Origin: Vicinamibacteria bacterium
GTDB taxonomy: Bacteria > Acidobacteriota > Vicinamibacteria > Marinacidobacterales > Marinacidobacteraceae
Assembly (NCBI GenBank): GCA_963555995.3
Contig: OY821641.1
Span: 160,001 to 224,000, forward strand
Direction of reading: 5' to 3'
Length of the DNA: 64,000 nt
Under the pieces are notes generated by a model. That model was not told the DNA's origin, did no database searches, and was given only the letters and a program-made list of their open reading frames with translations. Both the position numbers and the translations under genes were made by a program. Shown here one piece after another: positions 58,193 through 64,000 of the stretch (positions are counted from its first letter, which is position 1; every line of letters starts with the position of its first letter).

Positions 58193-59395
58193 GTGACACG
58201 AAACGACCTCCGACTCACCGGATGGGTCATGGCGGCGCTCGTCGCCGCCGCCGCTTCGGGCCTGATCGCTGCCTGTGGCGGCGATTCCGCCACCACCCCG
58301 GCGCCCGCACCCGGATCGCCGGTACCCGCACCGCCACCGGCGCCGAGCGTCGAGGGCCTGGTCATCACCACGACGCCGTTCGGTCCGCGTGGATACGTGG
58401 GGGGCGAGACCATCGGGGTGCAGGTCGCGTTCAGCGAGGCCGTGACGGTTTCCGGCGCGCCGCTGCTGAAGCTCGGCATCGGGGCGGACCTTCGGGACGC
58501 CGCGTGGGACGAGGAAGCGAGCGACGGTGCGTCCCTCGTGTTCGGCTACGTGGTGACCCTGGAGGACCTGGACGAGAACGGCATCAGCATCGGTGGCGAC
58601 GCTCTCGACGCGGGTGACGGGACGATCCGGAACGCGGCCGGGGTGGAGGCGGATCTCGATATCGGCGACCACGCCATCGCCGACGCCGCCGCCCATCGTG
58701 TCCTCGGGCCGCCAGCGGAAGGATGCGGCGACCAGCGATCGCTGGCGTTGGGTCACGAGGCCCAGTTCGGAAATCACGGAATCGTCCGGGACTGGGATGG
58801 AACGCCGCTTCGGGTGGACCTGATCCGGAACTTCCCGGACTTCGTCACCGACAACGACCTGCGGGAGCTGCTCGATCCGATCAGCCGGTTGGCCGATCGG
58901 ATCGAGGCCCAGCTCGGGTACTCCATCCTGGAGGTGGGTGGCCTCGTCGAGGTTCCGTCCCGCGCCCCGGAGGGCTGGGATCAAGACTGGCGGCGGTACT
59001 GGTCGGAGCGGACGCTCGTAGCCAATCCGGGCGAGATCCTCGTGTTCTACCTGGATGACTACGGCGCCGGCTGGGGAGAGGAGGGTTCCCCGATGAGCGC
59101 CCACGTCTGCTGCGGCACGACCAGCTACAACAAACGGGCGCTGGGACCCATGTGGACGGGTGACGACCCCTGCTGTCAGGGGGACGCCAACCAGTACACC
59201 CGCGAGGGACAAGCCATCGTCCACGAGGTGTTTCACCTCCTGGGCTTCAAGCACTACTCCGACCAGGAACATCTCATCGGGGTCAAGATGTCGCCCGGTG
59301 GGCTCGACAGTCCGTGGGAGAGCGGCTCCTTGTTCTATCACGCGACTCCGTCCGACATCGAGAACCTGCGGTGCATTTTCCCCAGGGGAGGATGA
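58193..59395 (+). CDS. Lipoprotein with Ig-like domain and metzincin-like peptidase domain
   Basis: LIAAC, VAFSEAVTVSGAP.L.L.IG, HEVFHLLGFKH, Met-turn VKMS. Confidence 0.77.
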   Translation: MTRNDLRLTGWVMAALVAAAASGLIAACGGDSATTPAPAPGSPVPAPPPAPSVEGLVITTTPFGPRGYVGGETIGVQVAFSEAVTVSGAPLLKLGIGADLRDAAWDEEASDGASLVFGYVVTLEDLDENGISIGGDALDAGDGTIRNAAGVEADLDIGDHAIADAAAHRVLGPPAEGCGDQRSLALGHEAQFGNHGIVRDWDGTPLRVDLIRNFPDFVTDNDLRELLDPISRLADRIEAQLGYSILEVGGLVEVPSRAPEGWDQDWRRYWSERTLVANPGEILVFYLDDYGAGWGEEGSPMSAHVCCGTTSYNKRALGPMWTGDDPCCQGDANQYTREGQAIVHEVFHLLGFKHYSDQEHLIGVKMSPGGLDSPWESGSLFYHATPSDIENLRCIFPRGG

Positions 59396-59447
59396 GAGGG
59401 GCGCCGAACCTTCCGTACCCATCCATCGGGACCATCAGGAGACGGTC

Positions 59448-59856
59448 ATGATGATCCGATTCCATATCCTTACTCGTGCTCTTTGCGGGCTCGCTCACGG
59501 CCGGGTGTCAGAATTTGGAACTCCCCCTCGGCCGCCCCAACCTCGGAGAGACGGTCCAGGAATTCTTCCTGGCGGCGCTTGAAGCCAGATGCGAAGACGC
59601 CTTTGGGCGAGTGGGCCGCGAGCTACAACGACACGATGACGGGCGAGATTGTCGTCGTGAGTTCGAAAGGAACAGACTGGCTGCGGGAGTTTCGAGACTC
59701 GCTGGTGTAGAAGTCGAAATCGTGAACGTGGAGTTTGATGGGGACGATGTCGCCCGGGTGGAGTACAGGATGGTCGCCATGGGCAGGAGATCGCCGGCAT
59801 CCGTCGTCGTGCTGAAGATGTTTGATGGTGCATGGCGGATAACGGCGTTGGACTGA
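59448..59856 (+). pseudogene. DUF4878-like small lipoprotein with an apparent frameshift in the signal peptide
   Basis: RBS-preceded ATG 59448 is out of frame with ORF 59476..59856; removing one base near 59460 gives MMIRSISLLVLFAGSLTAGC; C-terminal DGAWRI. Confidence 0.55.
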
Positions 59857-60184
59857 CCGGTCCTCAGTCGAGGTTCACCAGCGGGCGAGCCAACCGCGAT
59901 GTGTCTTTGGTGTGGCTTGGCAAATATTTCGCGGTACTGCCTGCTTCCGTTACAGCCGGTGGTGCGAGTGACGTGCGCACCGAGAATAATGATGGGGATT
60001 TCACACGTTGGCAACACAAGTGTCGCCATCAAATGAAACGCAAGTATGCGACAACGCGGGTGGCGTACGCTGTTGGCGCAGGGCGGCGGTTGCGCCGCGG
60101 TGGTTCTTCCGGAACGGTGCTAATTTCCGTCCCGCTGTCGCCGCCCGCGGACGACCGGACGCACGGCGCGGAAAACTTCCACAC

Positions 60185-62602
60185 ATGTCTCTCGCCAGAC
60201 CGCGACACAACCCCGGCTTCCTCACCGACAGCGAGCTGGTGGAGTCGTTCTGCGGGCGCGGGCACGAGTTCGACGCCGTCGTGGAGCGCCTGCGTACGGT
60301 GGCCCGGCGCGAGAGTTCCTCCGGAATCGAGGACCCGAAGCACCAGATCCTGATCGGGCCGCGGGGCAGCGGCAAGACGTTCCTGCTCCTGCGGGTGGCG
60401 GCCGAGCTGCGCCGCGACCCCGAACTCGCGGCGGGTTTCTTCCCGATCTGTCTCGCCGAGGAAAGCTACGAGGTCGCGGCGGCCGGCGAGTTCTGGCTGG
60501 AGTGCCTGGCGCGGCTCGGCGACCAGGCGCCCGAGCCCGAGCGGCGGCACCTGCGCCGCTCGCTCGAAAAGGCGCGGTCGGTCGTGGACGACCGGACGCT
60601 CTCCAAGGATTGCCGCCGGGCTTTGCGGCGCTTCTCCAAACGGGTGGAGAAACGGCTTGTTCTCGTCGTCGAGAACCTGGACATGCTGCTGGAGGACCTG
60701 CAGGACGCGGACGCGGCGCGCCGGCTGGCGAAGTCGCTCCGCGCCGAAGACCGGATCGTGCTGCTGGCGAGCGCGAGCGGCCCCTTCCGGGCGATCTCGG
60801 ATCCGGAAGGTCCGCTGCGCGGCATCTTCCACGAATCCGTCCTGCGCCCCTTCGATACGGAGGAGTGCGGCGCGCTCTGGGAGAGCGTGTCGGGGAAGCG
60901 GCCGGCGCCGCCGACGATCCGGGCGCTCGAGATCCTGACCGGCGGGAACCCCCGGCTGATCGCCATCGTGGCCCGTTTCGGCGCGGAGCAGTCCTTTCCC
61001 CGGCTCATGGCGGAGCTGCTCGCGTTGGTGGACGACCACACGGACTACTTCCGCAGCCGGATCGAGTCGCTGGCGCCGCAGGAACGGCGCGTCTGCCTCG
61101 CCCTCGCCGGGCTCTGGAAGCCGGCCACCACCCGGCAGATCGCCGCCGAGGCCCGGCTCGACACGAACCGGTGCAGCGCCCAGCTCGCGCGGCTCGTCGC
61201 GCGCGGCGACGTGCAGGTCGTGGGCGGCACCGCCCGCCGCAAGCAGTACTACCTGACGGAGCGCCTCTACAACATCTACTACCTGCTGCGGCGCCGCCGG
61301 GGAGCGGCCGACGCCGTCACCGCGCTGGTCCGCTTCATGGAAGCGTTCTACGCGGCGTCCGAGGCGCACGACGTGGTGATGCGGGAACTGGAGAGCGACG
61401 ACGACGGGGCGGACTGGAAGGATGCGCTGGCCTCGGCGATCCGGGAGGAGCGCCCGCCGGGCGGCGGCGAGGGAGCGAACGGCCGCGCCCTGGACGGCGA
61501 GGTGGCGGACCGGGAGGCGCGCGCGAAGGCGATCCTCCTCGCCTGCGCCACCGCCCCGGTTCCGGAGATCGAGGCGGCGCTTGCCTCGCTCGACCGCCTG
61601 TTGACCGAATCGGCCCCCCCGGAGCGGCTTCGCTGGAGCGAACGGGTGGCGGGCGCGCTGCTCCACCGGGGGTGGGCGCTCCGCGATGCGGGACTCCCGG
61701 AGGAAGCCCTGAAGGTCTGGTCCGAGGTCGCCGGCCGCTTCGGAGGCGAGGCGCCGCTGCGGAAGACGGTGGCGCGAGCGGTCTTCGATCGGGCGTACGT
61801 CCTGCACGAGCTCCGGCGCTGGGAGGAGGCCGTTGCCGCCTGCGACGACTTCCTGCGGCGCGCGGACGACGGCCAGCCGCCGCTCGTCGTGGCGGCGGCG
61901 CTGCTCTACAAGGCGATGGGCCTTGCCGCCCTGCGACGGCCGGACCGGGCGCTGGCCGCCTGCGAGGAGATGGTGGGCCGCTTCGGCGCGGAGGAGCCGG
62001 AGCCGGTGCGGCGGGAGGTCGCGGCCGCCCTCGCGCTGAAGGGCGACATCCTCTCCCGGCGGGGCGCTCTCGAGGAGGCGCGCGAAGCGTTCGAGGAGGC
62101 CGCGGCGCGGGTTCGGGTGGGCACCGGCCGGCCGAGCTGGCGGAGGCAGTTCGCCCTGATCGGGAAGGCCGACGTCGAGTACCGCCTCGGCCGCTACGGG
62201 CAGGCCCGGGAAACGGCCGCGCGGCTCTGCGGAGAACCGGACCGGACGGAGTCCGGAATCGGCGCCGAGGCGTCCGCGGTCCGCGCGGCGGCGGCGCTGG
62301 CGGGCGGGGAGACAGCGGCCGGCATCCGGTGGACCGAGGAGCTCCTCGAACTCCTGGCGGGGCAGTCGCTGTCCCGGCGGACCCTCCGCTACCTGATGGA
62401 GATCAGCAACCGCGTCGGGCCGGAACGGATGTTCGACCTCATTGAGGCGTCGGCGTCGCGGGCCCTGCTGCTGCCGCTGGCGACGGCGCTCGGCAAGCGC
62501 GCGGGGCGGATGCCCCCCGTGCCGCTCGAGGTCGTGGAGGCGGCCCGGGACGTGGAGCGGAAGATGGGTGTCCTGGGGTTGCCGGCCGCGGAGAACACAT
62601 AA
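60185..62602 (+). CDS. STAND-like AAA ATPase with wHTH and TPR repeats
   Basis: GPRGSGKT Walker A, LVVENLD Walker B-like, TGGNPRL, IAAEARL...LARLV HTH, TPR-like helices. Confidence 0.82.
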   Translation: MSLARPRHNPGFLTDSELVESFCGRGHEFDAVVERLRTVARRESSSGIEDPKHQILIGPRGSGKTFLLLRVAAELRRDPELAAGFFPICLAEESYEVAAAGEFWLECLARLGDQAPEPERRHLRRSLEKARSVVDDRTLSKDCRRALRRFSKRVEKRLVLVVENLDMLLEDLQDADAARRLAKSLRAEDRIVLLASASGPFRAISDPEGPLRGIFHESVLRPFDTEECGALWESVSGKRPAPPTIRALEILTGGNPRLIAIVARFGAEQSFPRLMAELLALVDDHTDYFRSRIESLAPQERRVCLALAGLWKPATTRQIAAEARLDTNRCSAQLARLVARGDVQVVGGTARRKQYYLTERLYNIYYLLRRRRGAADAVTALVRFMEAFYAASEAHDVVMRELESDDDGADWKDALASAIREERPPGGGEGANGRALDGEVADREARAKAILLACATAPVPEIEAALASLDRLLTESAPPERLRWSERVAGALLHRGWALRDAGLPEEALKVWSEVAGRFGGEAPLRKTVARAVFDRAYVLHELRRWEEAVAACDDFLRRADDGQPPLVVAAALLYKAMGLAALRRPDRALAACEEMVGRFGAEEPEPVRREVAAALALKGDILSRRGALEEAREAFEEAAARVRVGTGRPSWRRQFALIGKADVEYRLGRYGQARETAARLCGEPDRTESGIGAEASAVRAAAALAGGETAAGIRWTEELLELLAGQSLSRRTLRYLMEISNRVGPERMFDLIEASASRALLLPLATALGKRAGRMPPVPLEVVEAARDVERKMGVLGLPAAENT

Positions 62603-62714
62603 GCCAGGAGCGCTGGAGCGCCGGCCAGGAGCGCCGGCCAGCTCAGCCAGCAGGGCCGCCAGCGCCGGCACATCCATGGTTGGGGTTGCGTCGTGCGCGG
62701 CGCGGAGCGCCGCG

Positions 62715-62741
62715 GTGCCGGTCTGGAGACCGGCGTTCCAA
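62715..62741. repeat. REP-like hairpin (degenerate partner near 62614)
   Basis: GTGCCGGTCTGGAGACCGGCGTTCCAA. Confidence 0.7.
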
Positions 62742-62849
62742 GCCGGTGCGCCATGCGGGTGGGTCGCGGCACGCGACCCCGTTGGATGCCGCCGTCCGGA
62801 AACAGCGCGGACGGCCCGCCGCTGCTACGATGCGTAGCCCCGTTCCGCC

Positions 62850-64000
62850 GTGTTCCGTAGCACCCCGAGCCTCGCCGCGCTGACGCTCGCGGCGGCCCCG
62901 TTCGCCGCTCCCGCTACGGCCCAGTACGGCTACTTCCCGGAACAGCCCGAGGCAGTGGAAGTGGCGGATCTCGCGCGGCGTCCCAGCTTCTACCACGAGA
63001 AGGCGGTGCTCACCCGCGGCAGGCTGGGCTTTTCTGTCGGGTTCGGGATGAACGAGCGGGTGATGGCGCTCGAGGATCCGGAGTCCATTGACGAGATCCT
63101 GATGGCCCAGCCCTACATGAGCAGCAACGACCTTGCCTTCATGGGCGCCGGAGAAGTGGAGGTCGAGGGTTGGTTCTTCGCCACCCGCATGGTGGATGAG
63201 TTCACCCTCCGTTCGCATCCGATCCTCAGGAACTATCCGTACGACCCCTCGTGGGGCGATTCCATGGACATGCGCAGGGAGGGTTTCCTGGCCATCGTGG
63301 CGGTGACCCCGATCGGCGACACCGAGAGCGTGGTCTCCGAACGCGAGCGCGAGGCGGCGGCCGAGATGGCGGCCGGCGACGCGATCAAGATCGAGGCGGG
63401 CAGCGCCGCCTTCCTCACCCTCGACCAGTTGATCGCCGATCCCGATCCCTGGCTGAGCCAGCGGGTCGAGGTGATCGGCAAGTTCCGGGGCAACAACCTG
63501 TTCGGCGATCTCTCCATCAAGGACAAGAAGACACCGCGCGACTTCGTGATCAAGACCAGCGACGACGCGATCTGGGTCACCGGGATGCGCCCCGCGGGGA
63601 ACGGGTTCCGGTTCGATCCCACCCGCCGCCGCGATACCGGCAAGTGGCTGCGGGTGTACGGAAGGCCGTGGACCTCGGAGGGAATGGTCTATCTGCGCGC
63701 CGAGCGGCTCGAACTGGCCGACCGTCCCGACGACGACTCCCTGGAGCCGGTGGACATCCGGGTCGCCGAGAAGGAAGCCCGCGAGGCGGACGTGAGTCCG
63801 CTCCGGGTGGTCTTCTCGCTGCCGCTCGACGGGGAACGGGAGATCCCGCTCGACAGCGAGTTCCGGGTGCAGTTCTCGAACCGGATGGCGGCGGAGAGCT
63901 TCCACGCCGCGGTGGACCTCCTCTACGGCGACGAGCCCTACGTGGACAACCCGTTCCCGGAACTGGAGGTCAGCTACGACGACGGGAGCCGGAGCCTCCT
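62850..64000 (+). CDS. Exported protein with OB-like segments and a probable Ig-like (Big_5) domain; runs off the window
   Basis: Hand-translated open frame from GTG 62850: signal ending APATAQ, GKFRGNNLFGDL, VVFSLPLDGE...RVQFSNRM. Confidence 0.65.
   Translation, partial: MFRSTPSLAALTLAAAPFAAPATAQYGYFPEQPEAVEVADLARRPSFYHEKAVLTRGRLGFSVGFGMNERVMALEDPESIDEILMAQPYMSSNDLAFMGAGEVEVEGWFFATRMVDEFTLRSHPILRNYPYDPSWGDSMDMRREGFLAIVAVTPIGDTESVVSEREREAAAEMAAGDAIKIEAGSAAFLTLDQLIADPDPWLSQRVEVIGKFRGNNLFGDLSIKDKKTPRDFVIKTSDDAIWVTGMRPAGNGFRFDPTRRRDTGKWLRVYGRPWTSEGMVYLRAERLELADRPDDDSLEPVDIRVAEKEAREADVSPLRVVFSLPLDGEREIPLDSEFRVQFSNRMAAESFHAAVDLLYGDEPYVDNPFPELEVSYDDGSRSL

Noticed and set aside
59857-60184. Gene or ncRNA in the lower-GC spacer
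   Set aside because: No convincing ORF, RBS or recognisable RNA structure.
8342-62677. Many long antisense or off-frame ORFs (e.g. 8342..10267, 43172..45304, 60029..62677)
   Set aside because: Shadow ORFs expected at high GC, lying opposite well-supported genes and lacking motifs.

Overview
High-GC bacterial chromosomal window. The nuoM-atpZ/I/B/E layout, the N-terminally extended c subunit and an Oar-like TonB receptor suggest Acidobacteriota (inference). Housekeeping and nutrient-uptake genes (nuoM end, atpIBE, mtnA, tsaD, OPT, SSS, TRAP, M14/M20/M24 peptidases, HAD, tam, Smr) are interspersed with accessory DNA: five intact toxin-antitoxin pairs plus one remnant (FitA/PIN, MNT/HEPN, Phd/VapC, HipBA, DarTG, RHH/VapC stub), a single-chain restriction-modification gene whose 3' end is duplicated downstream, and a STAND-like ATPase-TPR protein. 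The most notable observations are: (1) a RuBisCO-like protein fused to a methylsulfurylase-type cupin downstream of mtnA, a candidate one-polypeptide MTA-isoprenoid shunt; (2) a ~10 kb array of lipoproteins sharing signal/Pro-Ala leaders but carrying different hydrolase domains, with orphan leader copies in the spacers; (3) a ~65 bp fixed-spacer palindromic element found three times upstream of accessory genes; (4) a transposase-less 2.5 kb unit bounded by nested inverted repeats; (5) two iteron-like GAGCTGGGGTGATAA arrays; (6) a family of paired REP-like hairpins with covarying stems. No rRNA, tRNA, CRISPR array, integrase or transposase was recognised. All family calls come from motif recognition by eye, not database searches.
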